This document shows, one piece after another, positions 37,900-52,650 of a DNA stretch of 64,000 nt. The stretch's first letter is position 1. Every line of letters starts with the position of its first letter. Location: contig JAQFVV010000002.1 of the NCBI GenBank assembly GCA_028023455.1, positions 18,290,001-18,354,000 on the forward strand, in the 5' to 3' direction. Both the position numbers and the translations under genes were made by a program. This DNA is from Epiperipatus broadwayi. Taxonomy: Eukaryota > Animalia > Onychophora. The notes beneath the pieces are model-generated. The model saw nothing but the letters and a program-made list of their open reading frames with translations. It searched no databases and was not told the origin of the DNA.

Positions 37900-40800
37900 C
37901 CTTAGACTATTTAAGTATTATTAAGTAATTTTATTTAATAATAACAATATTTTTGCCTAAAAGTTCATCCAACGAAGGTTTTCTTTGGATTTATCATTTT
38001 GAAATGATAGAAATGATAGACTATTAAATTCCAGATTGCAGCACCTGCTTTATAATAGCAAGAATTTATAAATGTATTGATTGAATTTAATTATGCTCTG
38101 ACAAGGAAATATTTAATTTAGTCTAAACTGATATTTCTTTGAATCATTAAAATGTATTTTAAATATACATTAAAGATGAATGACTTTTTAAAATTATTAT
38201 GATGTTTTATTATTCAAATACATTGATTTTAAAAAGAATAATATTCATTTATTTAACAAAATAAATTATTTTAAATGCTATTACGCGTAAAAATGTCATT
38301 TTCTATTATTGATATCAGTGGGATAGAAGCTATTCACTCACTAAATATCATTATTGTATTGAATTCAACAAACCCAAGAAAAAAATTTTAAATTAATAAA
38401 GTTAAATATATTGACTTGTGCTACTTTATAAAAGCTTATTCATTTATAATATAAAATGGAAGGATAATATTTCTGAATATTAATGACTACAGAGGTCCCT
38501 AGTGACGATTTTTTCAGACGCTCATTGCTAAGGTTTACAGCCTTGTTAAAACTATTATTATCTTTAAATTAATTGCTCATCTCCACAGCAACTAGAATAA
38601 GTTGTAGCGCAGATAATTTGAATATGAATGCTTCTAAACTACTTTCATTCAAGTATTATAAACTTATTTTATTATAAATGTCTACTCTATTCTTGTGTCA
38701 TTATTATTAGTCAAAAATCTGCTCTATTACAGAATACATTATTTCTCAAAGGAACATATACTCCTTAATTTTATCATCAATGTGCTTTCAAAAAGATAAG
38801 AGATTAATATAATATTGTATGAAATTGTTTATTTAAAACATATTTCATGAATGTTAAATTGCCATAAATATATTCTTGTGCTAGTGTTATATGAAAATTT
38901 AGTGCTTAACGCTCATGTTAAAAGTACTTTACATGTAATTTGAATCTTAATGTATTTAAATAAGTTGGAGAAATCTTCAATGTTTTCAGAATGGCATTTA
39001 CACTACCTGTATCCTGTTGAATGGTTATAACATCAAGGATGAAGGACTTTTATTTGATTTGATTATAAAGAATATAGTTTTAAGTTTCAATATTTTTTAT
39101 GCATTGTTATTTGGTATAATTTTATAAATTGTTATAAGCTGCATTTATCCAAAAGTTCTCAGAATATTTCTATTATATCATGTTGTAATTTAAAGGCATA
39201 TTTAATCCCTTTTTGTGGAGTTATTTATTTGAATGTATATGCTAATGAAAAACATAATAGAAGCTGATGTATATTTAATTGCTTATTTTTATGTCATAGT
39301 TTATTTTATTAAGCTATATTTGGAAATAATTATTTGTTATTGGCTTTACACATCAGTTTGTAGTTGTATTTAAGAGATTGTAGCATTAGATTTTCTCTTG
39401 TTTTTTACATATATTCCTATCTTACCAGTATTTTTGAAGAGAATGTAGCATCTCTCTCTCATGACATATTTTCCATGAATTATATTATTTTTTGTCTCAT
39501 ACTTAAGCATAAAATATATTATTTAAGGCTAATATTCTTATTAGCCTTTTTGATGGTTCTTTCTCACTGTGTATATATGTCTAGAGATAACGACTTAGCT
39601 TATATATTAACCTCAGATGCAGGTTTTTCTTTTGAGTTCATGCCATTACTTGCTGTTCGCTTTGCTTTATTATTCCAAATGTGGATTTATTTATAATGTA
39701 TTTTTGTATAAACCCATGTGTAATGTACTGCCCCAACTTCATCCTGGAAATCTGATTGGCTAACGCTTGAGAGGTTTGCACTTTCTCAGTTTGATTTGTT
39801 AGTGTTGATAAATGTTATATCACTTTCAGTTGCATTCTTGGTTAATCAGAGTTTAGGTTATTAGTGATTCCATGTGTAGATCTTGTTTGTTGTGCTTTGC
39901 CAGTATTTTAGAATGTAAACCCAATAAACATTTAATTTAGAAATGAAAGTTCTATATTTGGCTTTAATAAATAATATACCTCTCTGACAGTTATTTCATC
40001 GCTGGATTGGTAAGTAATGTTTAAAAGGTGTTAAATACATTCATTTAGGTGATATAATGAGATATAAGGTTTGATGTGTAAAGATTGAAAACTAATTATA
40101 ATTATTAATATTGCAGAATAGGCTTTCATATACCTGACCAAATGAATATATGGATTTATATTTACTTCCATGACTTTGATTCTTATTCTCATTCATTCAT
40201 CTGTAACCATACATCTGTCAAAACGATAAGTTATACTATTTCCTTCATAATAGGATTGAACAGTTGAGTCAGTTTAAATCATCTATTATGATAATTCATA
40301 AGATATCAAAGTGTTTATGTGTAAAGTGTATTGTCAAAAATAATAAACATTATTTTTATTGTTAATTTTATTTTTGAGTATTTATCATTCACACACATAT
40401 ATTATTCAAAAAATCTAATTATTATAAAATTTTATTATAAATTTATCCTTAATTGGATGTATTGAGAGTATATGAACATATCCTATTTGAAATGAGAGTC
40501 ACTTTATTATAATTACATCTCAGATGTAATAAAGAAAGCATCTAAGAAATAGATTATTTTATTTGCTCATTATTAAAGGAGCACTATAACCATTATTAAA
40601 GGAGCACTATAACCAAACTTATTTGTTAAAAGATCACTGATTTTGTATGAAAATGTTTTAATTCACTTAGAAAATTGCTCGATTCTTCATCATAAATTTA
40701 AATGATGTGATGGTTTAATTTGAGTTCAAAAGTAGTTGTATACGATGTATTAGTATGGTATTCCGAGTGACCATAAAATCTCTTATCTACTCATTATATA

Positions 40801-41594
40801 TGAATGCTTTCCTAGTAAGTTACTTAATTCTAAATTAAAAGTGTATGCTTTATTTTAATTGTTAAAATTATTATTATTGTAAGTTAGAGAGATATTACCT
40901 TAAGGTAAGAGTATATCTCACTATGTTATTACTAGAACTTCATTCTTTGCCTAATAATCAATCCTAAATGGAAAGAGAAAAATAAAGTTCACATTATTTA
41001 AACTATTATTTAAAAGAACCCAGAGATATTAAATCACAGAAAAGTGTTAACAAAAATTATTTTAATTCAAAGCAAAATTTGTTTTAAGAAATATCACTGT
41101 AGTAAAACATAATAAGATATAATTTTGTTTTATGAAAAGAATTTAATTGTAGATCTGATCATGGTAGTAAAATGCTTGTCATGTTTGCTAGATGTGTTAT
41201 GATTGGAAGAAGTGTTGTAGATGGAAAATTTTTAATATAACCTAATCCTTTAATGGCATATTCTTCTGATAATATGTTATAATTCATAAGAGTATGAGAA
41301 GTCTCCTCCACTTAAATTTTACTAAATGTTGCATTTGCTTTAATATTTATTCATTGTTGTTATTTACCCTTATTGTTCTTATTGTTGAGGCATATAGAAT
41401 TTTGAAATCCTCTGAATTTAGCCAGTAGTGTCACTTAATTTATCACATATTTATTTTGATGGCTTATTGGGATGATTAATGATGGATTGTCTTTCGTAGA
41501 TGTAATATAAGATAGTAAATTTATAAGAAGATATAATGTTAAGTTGTTTATTGAAATAATAAACTATTTGTGTATTCATATATATATATATCTT

Positions 41595-41665
41595 GCAACT
41601 CTGAAGAAGATTGCTGGTCAATCGAAATTTGTAAGATTGATTAATTTTAATAAATATGCATTGCA
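41595..41665 (+). ncRNA. Hammerhead motif (family H2)
   Basis: CTGAAGAA-GATTG-CTGGT-CAATC-GAAA-TTTG-TA|AG starting at 41601, with a perfect 5-bp stem II. Confidence 0.65.
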
Positions 41666-41749
41666 ACAATAGTATTAAAGATGGATTTGTTTATTTTTTT
41701 ATTAATGCATAAAGGGTAAGTTGATAGTAACTTTAAATTGCTAAGAGTC

Positions 41750-42320
41750 ATTAAAAATTGCCCCTAAAGATTAAAGCAGGGATAGAGTGGTGAGTTCAAG
41801 AGGAAAAATTCCTAGATCAAAGCTCATTCTCATAATTTTCAGAGCTTGTATGCAACTTAATCTGTGCCAAGTGACAACAGTTTAATTTGGAGAATCTCAT
41901 ACCAATAGCCACAAGAATTGCGCAAGATAAATATCAATACAATCAAGCTAAAACTAATACAGACATATCTTCCTCAAACATGAGTCCAAACACAGTCATA
42001 ACTTTAAACCCACTGGTACTGTCATCTCTGAGAGAAAGAATGCTAAATGCAAAGTTAAAGAGGCCTGACACATTACAAATATCATACATGCAATCAACAA
42101 CAAAATATCCTGCCTTCTTCGGTCAAAGAAGTGTCTTAATAAATTAATTTACACCTTTTTTTTCCATGACAAAATTTACATCTTGTAACCAAATTTTATG
42201 CCAATCACTACTTCTGTAAAACTTCTAAAAATCTTACAATTCTCTTGAATAATAATGATTATGAGTATGACTGCAAGTTGGTCAAAAGCTTGTTGCGCAT
42301 ACTATCTCCATGTATTTAGC
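41750..42320 (-). pseudogene. Possible highly decayed non-LTR reverse transcriptase fragment
   Basis: Frameshifted QAFDQL, RRQDIL and RDD motifs appear in the expected order on the minus strand. Confidence 0.3.
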
Positions 42321-43377
42321 ATATTTAATTTAAAGTATTAAATAAGTTTTTCTTCCTATACATTTTGTATTTATATTGAAAACATTCGTGTGTTTTTGCC
42401 CTAGATGATTTAACACGTGACAGATTCAGATATTAAGGATTCAAGATTTATTTTTAACTGAACAATGCAAAAACAAAAATCACTAGAGTTGTTAAATGCT
42501 CAATCGGCCATTAGAGTTCTAGCATTAAGTCATATGCCCTCTCAGGTGACTGATCATATGATTATTTATTAAAAAGCTGTCAAATGGGGGGGGGGGGAAC
42601 CTGTTTAAATTTTTACTTTTTTATTTTTGTAAAAAATGTTTAATATAATATACAGAACACATTATAAATGTATATCAACTTTGTGTATATTCATAATTAT
42701 ATTAAATTTAATATTCATGACTATTTGTTAATTTCAATGTATTTTATTATTTTAAAGTAGTTGTGAATGTATACGCATCAATTTATTTATTTATTTCATA
42801 ATTATTGTAAATAAATTGTTATATAATGTTACCAAATATAGTTATTTTGCACTTTGAACTCTTTTTGAACTTACACAGTTAATCTACCACTAAATATAAT
42901 AAGTCATGCAATTCCTGGAAAACAGTGTGGGGATGAATGTACACCAAAATAGTGATGATAATAGATAGTGATTTTCCTAGTATCTTTTCTATAAATAAAG
43001 TGGCACCTAAAGCTAATTTAGATTAAATCTTGAAAAGAAAAACCTTTTGAAATAATTAGGAAGACTTTGACTTTCTGAATGCTGAGTCATACTTTTAAGA
43101 TGAACCTTACATTTTGATATTGCAAATATTATATTGATTATAACTGTTACAATAATAAGACTCTAAAATATCAAAAGTCAAAAGCTAAACTAGTCATTAC
43201 AATAAACACACCAATTCAGAATGAAACAACTATGAAAATTTAAAATTAAAATTTCATAACCATTGTTTTTACTGCCAAGGCATATTTCTCAAATACACAC
43301 AACAAAAATATATACTAACTTAATTTCCAATGATTCCCACATTACAATTACTTTAATATCAAAAGAAGTCTTAAACA

Positions 43378-43752
43378 ATATAAATGTAATTCATCTACTC
43401 TACTTTGAACATTTTTTAGCAAAACCTTTTATTGTACATATCTGTATATACAAACTTATATTTAGACTGTCCTGCAGTTTTCTTCAGAGCCATATTTATC
43501 ATGTTTTAAAAATAACAAATCTTTTATTGTACATATCTGTGTATACAATCTTATGTTTTGACTGTCCTGCAGCCTTCTTCAGTGCCACGTTTGCCTTAAT
43601 GTTTTAAATATAAAAAATTTAAAACATTAAGATAACTGTGGCTCTGAAGAAGGCTGCAGGACAGTCAAAACATAAGATTGTGTATACAGATATATACAAT
43701 AAAAGGTTTTGTTAAAAAGTGTTCAAAGTAGAGTGGATGAATTGCATTTATA
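43378..43752. mobile_element. Palindromic element with three hammerhead motifs (family H3)
   Basis: Cores at about 43455-43487(-), 43548-43582(-) and 43644-43678(+), reading CTGAAGAA-GGCTG-CAGGA-CAGTC-AAAAC. The two antisense copies are 95 nt apart. Confidence 0.8.
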
Positions 43753-44829
43753 TAAGATATTGCAGCAAAATGAAAGTGGTGAATTTGGTAATTTTTCTGA
43801 AAACTTGAACAAATTCATAGCTTCAGAATTATACATTTTCAAGATAAAGATTCTTTTCAAAGAAGACAATAAAAGCCTGCTCAAACTTATCCAATGGTTT
43901 GTATTTCTCTCCTGGTATATAGAGCAGAACTATGAATCTAATTTTTAATCTACTTCTATGAACTTTTATTATATATCCATAAAAGAAATATAGACCATAA
44001 TATTAAATTTAAGTACACTAAGATTGTCTTCTTTGAAAATAATCATTATTGAATGTTTGTGATTCTCAAGCTATTAATTTGTTTAAGAATTCTTTTCAGA
44101 TTAAAGGTCATTGGAATATAAGTGAGAATTCTTTTGCACTTCCTCTTGGCAGTGAAACCAATGCTTGTGAAAATTTTGTAAATTTTAAGTGAGTCTTTCA
44201 GTAGTATGCCCATACATTTTTACGCTAATTACATGACATCTTCAAATCCAGAGAGGCTTATGTTTATGTATTCTATTGAGGTCTTCAGTATTGGTGTGTC
44301 ATCTAAATTTACAGTAAATTTGAGTGTTTCCAAATCTAAATCTCTAAGAATCTTCATAAGTGTGTGAGTTAATTGAAGACTTTCATCTTATTTCATTTCT
44401 GAAAGTCAACATACACATCTTAAATAGTGCAGCTTAGCAGACTCAAGGACTAAAGATTTCTTATCAATTTCTAGCAGTACATTAAGTTTCTGACCTAAAA
44501 GCAAATAGAGTAACTAAGCAATAAAGTATTTATAATTAAGCAATAATACTTAATTGTTATTGGTAATAATTTGCAAATGTTTACTACTCTTTTATCACAA
44601 GTTTATTTCAGTATCTCAGTTTTAATTTACAATGAGCTCTTACATTACTTTTTTCCAGAAGAGAAAAACAAAAGATAATAAATAAATGCTTGTTTAATCA
44701 GGTGAATGAAACTGACACGCTCAACCAGCAATCAGAAGCTTGAATCTCATATAATCAGCTTATCAACTGATCATAGTTTATCAGTTGACTATTTAATTAT
44801 TAAACATACATACACAATAATTAAAAAAG

Positions 44830-45004
44830 GGGGATTTGAACACAGAGTTCCAAGTTCCTTTCAGCTATCCACTCCATTTTATATAACCAATGCACATAAC
44901 TACATACTTGTGAAAAAGATAAATGATCTCCACTATAGTATATCAATTAAATAAGATGGAGTGAAGAGCTGACGGGAGCTTGAAAATCTGGGTTCAAATT
45001 CCTT
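44830..45004. repeat. Inverted pair of ~50-bp tRNA B-box-like fragments
   Basis: TGGAGTG.A.AGCTGA..GGA.CTTG.AA.TCTG.GTTCAAAT occurs in both orientations. Confidence 0.5.
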
Positions 45005-46644
45005 ATAATTACATCTAAAGTTTATTGTATACATTATATTGGTATTCAAATATTAATAATTAAAAATATACATTTCATCCAATTTTTTTCTCATTTGTTA
45101 TAAACTTCCGATAGCTGCTAGTAATCAAAGGTTACAACAATGTCAACTCCTCTGCTAAAAGACAAGTTAAATAATGAGGCAAGAGATTATTACGACTAAG
45201 ATTGCATCTTAAATTTATTCTAGCAACTGAAATTTGGAGCTAAATCCTGCATGATTAAGATATACACCCAATAATTCAAAATATTTTTACATAGATATTT
45301 GAATTAGCCTCATAAATGGTGGGGGGGGGGGGGGGCTAAGTATATATAATATGACTAAATGAGGAAAAATATACATATTCAGTATAATAAACTTGTCAGT
45401 GTGGATGGTTAATTTAGAAATTGAATTTTATTGCATTTATTGAAAAATATTTAAATATTAAAATTATAACCTCTGAATATATTCTTATACAAAGTAAGCA
45501 TATACAGTTGGACACTGTGATTTAGTGCAGTGATGAGAGTCAGACTCGATACAGTATAAGGTCCTCGAATCGATTCTATCTGGCATTTTCGTTTCGAACT
45601 ATTTAATAACTCTTAAACAATAAAGCGATTGGATTATTTATTTTTACTTACAAATTCATTATAAATAATAATTTTAGTTTTTGCAAATAATAATATTCTT
45701 TTTTTAATTCAATTCAGTTCACACTTTTTTTTTACAAAAAAAAAAGTGTTTTTTTAAAGTGTATTTGCTAAGATGGTTTTTTGTAAGTATCAAGATTAAT
45801 AGTTGGTAAACAAATCTTATAAATACGCCACCTGCATAAGATAATTTGTACTATAAACAAATACTCACCGGAAGCAAAATTACTACAAATTTTATGCAGT
45901 TTTATTAATAGAAAGTATAATCGCAGTAATTTATTTCAAAAAACAATCAAAATGACAGTACGTTTAATTTAGAATATTTCATTTATCATAAATATCAGTG
46001 TTAAAATTAACAAAAATATTATCCTTTACTTTATTTTTATAGAGGAATTTAAAATAACATCAATTTATATTGACGAACACATGTGTGAGAGAAATAAAAG
46101 CAGAATATATAACTGTACACATATACATTCATGAAATATATAACGCAGCACATTATTTGTAAGAATATAAAACAATTTATATACAATTGTCTTTAAAAAT
46201 CTCATTTATATGAATATTAAAATTCATTAACTTATATAATTTATTTATTCTATCGGATTGATTTATTCTTTACTCTTCAGAAAAGTTGGATCAAATTAAG
46301 TGTTGATACATTCAAAACCTTATTTAGTAATGAAATGCGTTAACATCTAAATGTCTACCTAATATTTTCAAGCAGGAAGAGAGAAAAAATCACGATGCTT
46401 TCCCCCATTAACGCAATTTAACTCTCTATTCTTCTACTCGTCAAACTTGCTGCTTGAGTGAACTACAAAGAGTCGTTTTTACATTAATAACGCTAAATCA
46501 ATTAAACAAATAAACAACATTGTCACGCTGCTCTAACATGATTTATAAGAGTCTAGTGGGAAATCATTCCTCATCAGTTATCCATTAAAAAGAATTAACG
46601 AAATTAATTAATAATATATATATAAATAAATGTTCTATAAATAT

Positions 46645-47418
46645 TTAAAGTAGTGAGATTACCTTACGCCTCCTCGCTCGTCCTTCAGTTTGAATGGTTC
46701 GCGTACACATGTCAACATATTCGGCAAAGCTTCTTCCTTCCTGATTCTCGCTGTAGTCCAAATTGTTCAACCTTGCCAATGCTAAAATATAACTACAAGC
46801 AATCCTTAATATAGCTAATTTGGAAAGTTTTTGATCATATGAATAAGAAGGTACGGCCCGCCGTAAACTTTCAAATGCAGCACTAATAGTATGTACACGA
46901 GTCCGTTCTCGAGCGTTAGCTTCTATCCTCCTTTCCCGTGTCATATTTTTATAATTTCTCTGTTTTGGTTTAGATAAACATGAATTTGTATGTGATATTG
47001 TAGTTTCCACTCGCAAACCGGAAGCACTGCAGCTATCAGAGGTATTTTCCCTATTTACTAACGTAGTAGAATTATTACGTTTGTTGTGAAAACGAGGACT
47101 GGAAAGGTCATTCAAATTAGCAGTATTTTCTACATCCTCGTCAATGTCATCAATTTCATTACTCATAAGATCTAAGTCCGGACTGGGGCTATGAAACATG
47201 CTTCCCGACTCACTTCCACTTTCCCAATCCCACCGGTACCGTTTTTCTTCGACTACTTCCTTTAATTTCCGGGGTTCTGATGATTTTCGTTTATTTCTCC
47301 GTTGCAAATGATCTCTAACAGGTTTGACTGAAACTTCAACACTATCCTCACTTAAATCAGTTCCTGAATTCGGCGAAAGTTCACCCTCAGATTCGCAAGT
47401 GGATGTACGCGCCGCCAT
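46645..47418 (-). CDS. net (ATOH8): Net / Atonal homolog 8 bHLH transcription factor (main coding exon, or whole CDS)
   Basis: bHLH RRIEANARERTRVHTISAAFESLRRAVPSY..QKLSKLAILRIACSYILAL followed by the family-typical DYS..CTRTIQTEGR. N-terminal KRKSSEPRK. Probable splice donor AAG|GTAATC after 46663. Confidence 0.95.
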   Translation of the reverse strand: MAARTSTCESEGELSPNSGTDLSEDSVEVSVKPVRDHLQRRNKRKSSEPRKLKEVVEEKRYRWDWESGSESGSMFHSPSPDLDLMSNEIDDIDEDVENTANLNDLSSPRFHNKRNNSTTLVNRENTSDSCSASGLRVETTISHTNSCLSKPKQRNYKNMTRERRIEANARERTRVHTISAAFESLRRAVPSYSYDQKLSKLAILRIACSYILALARLNNLDYSENQEGRSFAEYVDMCTRTIQTEGRARRRKVISLL

Positions 47419-47960
47419 ATCTCCGTCTGCACTCTAGTAGCGCACGGATCAATTCTTGGCGTACAAACACTCTCCGTCGCAGCTTAGCCACAGCTGTTGA
47501 ATGCTCAAGAATCCACGAGACGCTTTGCGTTTACTCGCTAATCTAATGCAGATGCTTATCTTCCAATTGATATGAAGATTTGCCACTTTAATTCAGTGCT
47601 GTATCATCAGCTATAAACCCTGCGATTAAAAGGAATCTCATCTAACAGTATTTTTCATTCGTTATTCTTTTAATTTCAGACTATTTATTTTATACCATAT
47701 GTAAGCTCAGAGGCCAAAAAGCCCGGCTTTTTTCGCTATCAGTTGCTTGCTGTGCCAGGTGACTTACAATCTAAAGCAAACTTAATGTGTGATCTTAGGG
47801 GCAATAGTTTGTTAAGTGGGCTCGACGAGTTGATTTTTAAATAAAGGGGGAGTTTGGTTTTATGAATATGGCGCATAGTGGCACAGCTGTGAGCGGAGCA
47901 TTGTTTACTATAGCAGTTATTAACATTACTAACCGACACCTGGTCTGGATCAACGCACAC
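47419..47960 (-). promoter_or_regulatory. GC/CpG-enriched 5' UTR and proximal regulatory region of net
   Basis: Local GC and CpG enrichment. E-boxes CAGCTG (~47490, ~47884) and CAGGTG (~47757). The TSS cannot be determined from sequence alone. Confidence 0.4.
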
Positions 47961-50593
47961 TGCAGTCAATTGTAATAGGTTGATAAAGAAAATAGGAAAT
48001 TAGAGATTTTAATTTTTTTTTCTTCTTTCAAAAATGTTAAATATTAAATACAATTTTTAAAAAATCATTACATTTCAAAACGTAATGCGGTGTGTTTTTT
48101 TTTTTTGCAATTTGAAATTATGAGGGGAAAATCATGTTTTCTCCCATCCTTCCCTTCTCTCTGTACACAATATTTGCGTGCCCTTGCGGTAATCTCGAAT
48201 TCCTTTCATAAGAAAAAATGCATGTAAATATGAAAAATAGTTGATAAAATCTCATAAAAAAATTAAGTCAGTAATATAAATCAAAAAATAACATTTAAAA
48301 TATCAGGACGATAAATGAAAGGAAGAAATAAGTTTAATTTTGTATATTGCTCTAATTAGAATCGTAACAATTAAAACAATAACAAGTTGTTGTTTTTTTT
48401 AAAAAAAATCATATTTGTTGAAAATTTTGACAATTTAAATTTCGGGAGGGACCGTTATTTGAAATGTTTTAAAACAGCCATCTTTAAATGCAAATAATAA
48501 TCAGAATAATAAAATAGCCGCTGCCAAAAACGTACTATTAATACTTGACTTGATTAACATAGAAATCAGCACCTGTGACTGCGAACAAAAACCGTTTAGT
48601 ATTTGACGGCCGCATGGTACGCTGTCTGCCTCGTCTTTTTATTTACTAAAAAAAAAAGAGAGATGAGAATAGTCGATTATAAGATAGAAGGGAATAGCAT
48701 CTCACGTACACTCTAATTAAAACCATTTGCATGAAAGGCTTATATATATAGGCCTATAGTAAAATCAAACAATATTTGCATGAACGTTAAAGCGGAGTTT
48801 CTCCAGATGGATTTCTTCTCTCACCTGTTTCCTTTAACATCTATTGAAAATGTTCTTTTCAATTTTCTTACATTTAGATAGTATTTATAAATGAAGATTA
48901 AGAAGGAGATCTTATAACTGTTCATTCTAATAATAATATTTTAAAATTAAAATCAATAATTTAATAATTTATTTTTTAGAATTAAATATTTTGAATTGCA
49001 TATAAAATTTCAATGCTCTTTCAGCGTTCACTTTGTCTATTGTTATTGTTTTTTTTTTTTTGGGGGGGGGGGATATCCTGAATGTTTTATTATATTTCTT
49101 AGATATATAATTAAAATCTTTAATTTTTTAAATATTTCAAATCACATGCATCTCAATCATAAATATGACTCTTATTCTTAGCATATTATCATAACGCAGA
49201 GATGACCAAGTATTACTGCTGGTTACCTAGTCACTTCAATTACCCTTTAAGCAGATAACTTAATATACATTATGTATTAATATATTTCTTGTGTGCATAA
49301 GATACATAATTAAGTTTTCCCAAATCACACATTTTCCTAATGCCTTGTTCAAAAGTTACATACCACTCCACAATGGTAACATTTATTCTATCTACTTAAA
49401 CCTCTCTTCAGAAAAAAAATTAACACACATATCTAGTTCAGCAAATTATCTCCAATTATGATAATTTTGCAGCTTGATAAAAATAAAAATACCTTTCAGG
49501 TATTCAACAGAAAATTATTTAGATTTCAGGATGTCATATAAAATAAATAATAGTATACGATGCCAGTCTATTAAATAACAATCCTATACAATATAGAAAT
49601 TTTTTTAATATGAATACTATTTTAGTTGTTTAAATAACTATTAAAAACAATACAGGATTGCCATAATATGTTAAAGTAGCAACATGGAAAGGTTAGGGGA
49701 TACTATGTGCACATAATTTTATTATTTTGAATTAATTTGTAATATGCTGCTCACACCAATCTTGCAATGGGGGAGGAGGATCTGTGTTAAAGCACATCAA
49801 ACCTGAATCACTAATAATGTTCCTTAATCAATTACTATGCGTATACAGTAAGATATTGTTATAGTATGATTAAAGGAAGGCATATAATTATTTTTTTTCC
49901 AATTTAGTGTTTGAAGTTATATGCTAAACTTGAGTTCCCAATTGAATCTGCAGTGGTGAATAATGGATTTTCAGATAAGAGTGTTTAACATAAATAACCT
50001 ATAAGCATTGGATTGGTAACATCAAAATATATGCTGCTTTAAAGAATAATATATTGACTCAGAAAAAGAGAGATATGTATTTCCAATACAAGCATTCTTT
50101 TTTTTAAATTGTATTTATACTTTCTCTTTCATTCACTGCATTATTTTTTATTTTACTTTTGCCTTATTGTATTCAGTTGATTGAGAATAAATTCTCGTGT
50201 CATTGGACATTTCTTTGTACTATCTGTCACAATGAGATTGTATGTTTGTGTATTCATAAACTATATGAATGGTGTGTAGTTTAAAAAGTAAAATAGATAC
50301 AAATTTAACTTATTATTGATTGTTATACTTCATACAAAATCAAAACTAAGAATGAAAATTCTTAATTGTTATTTTGTATGGAATTCATAGTTGTAAATTT
50401 TGTATGCAGCAGTAGAGTTAAATAAATTAGTTTCAAATAAGAGTTTAACTTAGGAAATGATTGTATTCATGAAAGTCTTCTACTAAATTTGAGGATAAAT
50501 GACTATAGCAATAGAAAGTGATTTATTTTTAGAACAATCTATAAATTATAAATTTTAAAACACTAGAGGAATAATCTAATAACTTTTGATTTC

Positions 50594-50974
50594 AAACCTC
50601 ACATGATCACGATATCTTATGTTTACAGGCTGTTAATAACAATAGCAAACTCTCCATACAATAGTGCCACCAAGTACACACCTTCATAATCAATGGATGT
50701 AGGAAGGTTTTGAGCATAAAATCACTACATATTGCCTATTCATCCAACATCTCCAGACTAGTTTCTAGCTTGTAGATGGTTGAATTAGATCCTAAGCTCT
50801 AGGTGCAGTGCTCTCAAATCCAAGGATCCTTACTGACAAAAACCACAAGCTAAAAATTAGTATGGGGATAGGCACTAGATAGGGATTTTATTCAGAAACC
50901 TTCCTCCATCCATTGATTATGATGTCTTACAGTTAGTGGCACTACTATATGAAGAATTTGCTGTTGTTGTTAAG
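50594..50974. mobile_element. Old palindromic family F insertion
   Basis: 10-bp TSD TTTTGATTTC at 50584-50593 and 50975-50984. Decayed HHR near 50818-50870. Confidence 0.75.
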
Positions 50975-52650
50975 TTTTGATTTCCTGAATAATTTCAAAT
51001 ATTGACATCATTAATCTTTTTTTAAAAATCTTTTTGTCCCATGTTTTTAGAAAACAATATTTCTTGATTTTAGATATTGATGCATTATAAATAAATATTA
51101 TTAATTAATTATGTATTAAACACATGAATAAAAACTCAATAACATTGAAATGACATCTGCCAGTAATTCTGATATTTGTTACTGGTAGATGCCAATTTAA
51201 TTTCAGGCTCTTTATTATTTGAGAAATAATTTTCTCAAAAACTATTTCAGCTTTTGATGACATTATTAGGAGAGTTTATACATATAGCATGGATGTTGCT
51301 ATTCTGTGGCAAATATTTTATGCATAATTTATCTGCCAAGATTATTTTTTTATCATTTAATATGTAGTCCATTTGTCTTAAGAATATGGATAAGTTTTAT
51401 GCAATGCTGTAAATTGATTGAATTTCTTTCTGTCACTTAATAGAAGATACTTTAGTAAAATTAGACAAGCTCATCATGAAGATTGTTAGTGTATATAAAA
51501 GAGTCATATATCAAGAATGGTCAGGTAAAAGAGTTGATATAAAAGATCAGTGGATGGTAGCAGTAGATATCAGCAAAATGTTTTAAAATAGCAACAAATG
51601 GCAAACATTAGTTAATGTCAAATGCAATCTAAGAATAATAAGATACAAACCAGATAGAAAATAGATGAATGAAGTAGGTATGAGCAATAAATTGAATAAT
51701 CTATTCTAAATATAGCTTTTGGCTATTGTTTTGCTTTGCTTACAGTTAGACTCATTAAATATATTCAGGATTATAAAATAATAGAAATTAAAACAAATCC
51801 TGATTCTAATAATATGTTACAAATGAGAGGGAAAAAATTATTTTATCATCTGTCGACAATCAAGAAATTATTTTAAAATAAATTCATTAGCAGACAATTA
51901 ATTATTTGCAACAATTGTTTTCATTGAAACTTTGGTTACATTCAATGATATAGCTAGAAATGCTAGGATTGCATAAAACCAGGAGAGAATTTTTTTTTTT
52001 TTCCAAATTCATAAGGAAGACTTTTTTGGTTGAATTAGAGAGCCTTTTCTGGCTAAAAAGCTAAGTAAGATTTTTGTAAATATTTTCTATGCACTGAACA
52101 TACACCTGGAAATAAGAAATATAGCTATGGAAAGGAACATGATGTATCATTTTTCTAGGCTAATAATTCTATACCTAGTAATATCTATTTATAAGCATCA
52201 ACATCTAATAATAAATCTTTTGAAAAAAAGACTGATTTTTGAAAATATAAAGCAAGAAGATAAAAAAAGTAATAATATCATTAAAAATTAAATTCCCATT
52301 TTGAAATTTTATTATGCAGATAGAAACCCTTTACAAAAACTGGATTTTTTCTTTAGCACTCTTAAAAATGTAAAATCTGGAGAAGATTCTGCTTTAAAAA
52401 AAAATTAATTACTACAAAGAATAAAAGCTTACTACAATAATAAAATCCATCTCACAAATGGTCACTTTTGTTTACCATCAATGTTCATACAAGCCTCTCA
52501 GATAATTCTAATGAATTTGTAGTAAACATGAAAAAAATAAGACTAACAATCATGAAGCTAATAAAGCAGATTGAATGCATAAATCACTCAGACTAATAAA
52601 AAAATCAACCTAAATCAGTAAGTAATAAATTTAATCCTAATCATTATATA

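Noticed and set aside
39719-39989. Possible solo LTR (TGT...ACA, CCAAT-like motif, AATAAA)
   Set aside because: No matching 4-6 bp TSD and no second copy in the window; it could equally be UTR-like unique sequence.
45530-45565. GTGATGA-GAGT-CAG-ACTC-GATAC hammerhead-like string
   Set aside because: Two core defects (G3 facing G8, A14 changed to U) and no convincing stem I.
46545-46580. Minus-strand CTGATGA-GGAA-TGAT-TTCC just downstream of net
   Set aside because: The perfect stem II is followed by CACT rather than GAAA, so it is treated as chance.
47680-47700. 21-nt plus-strand segment between a TTTCAG acceptor and a GTAAGC donor
   Set aside because: No other plus-strand exons were identified, and such sites arise by chance in AT-rich DNA.
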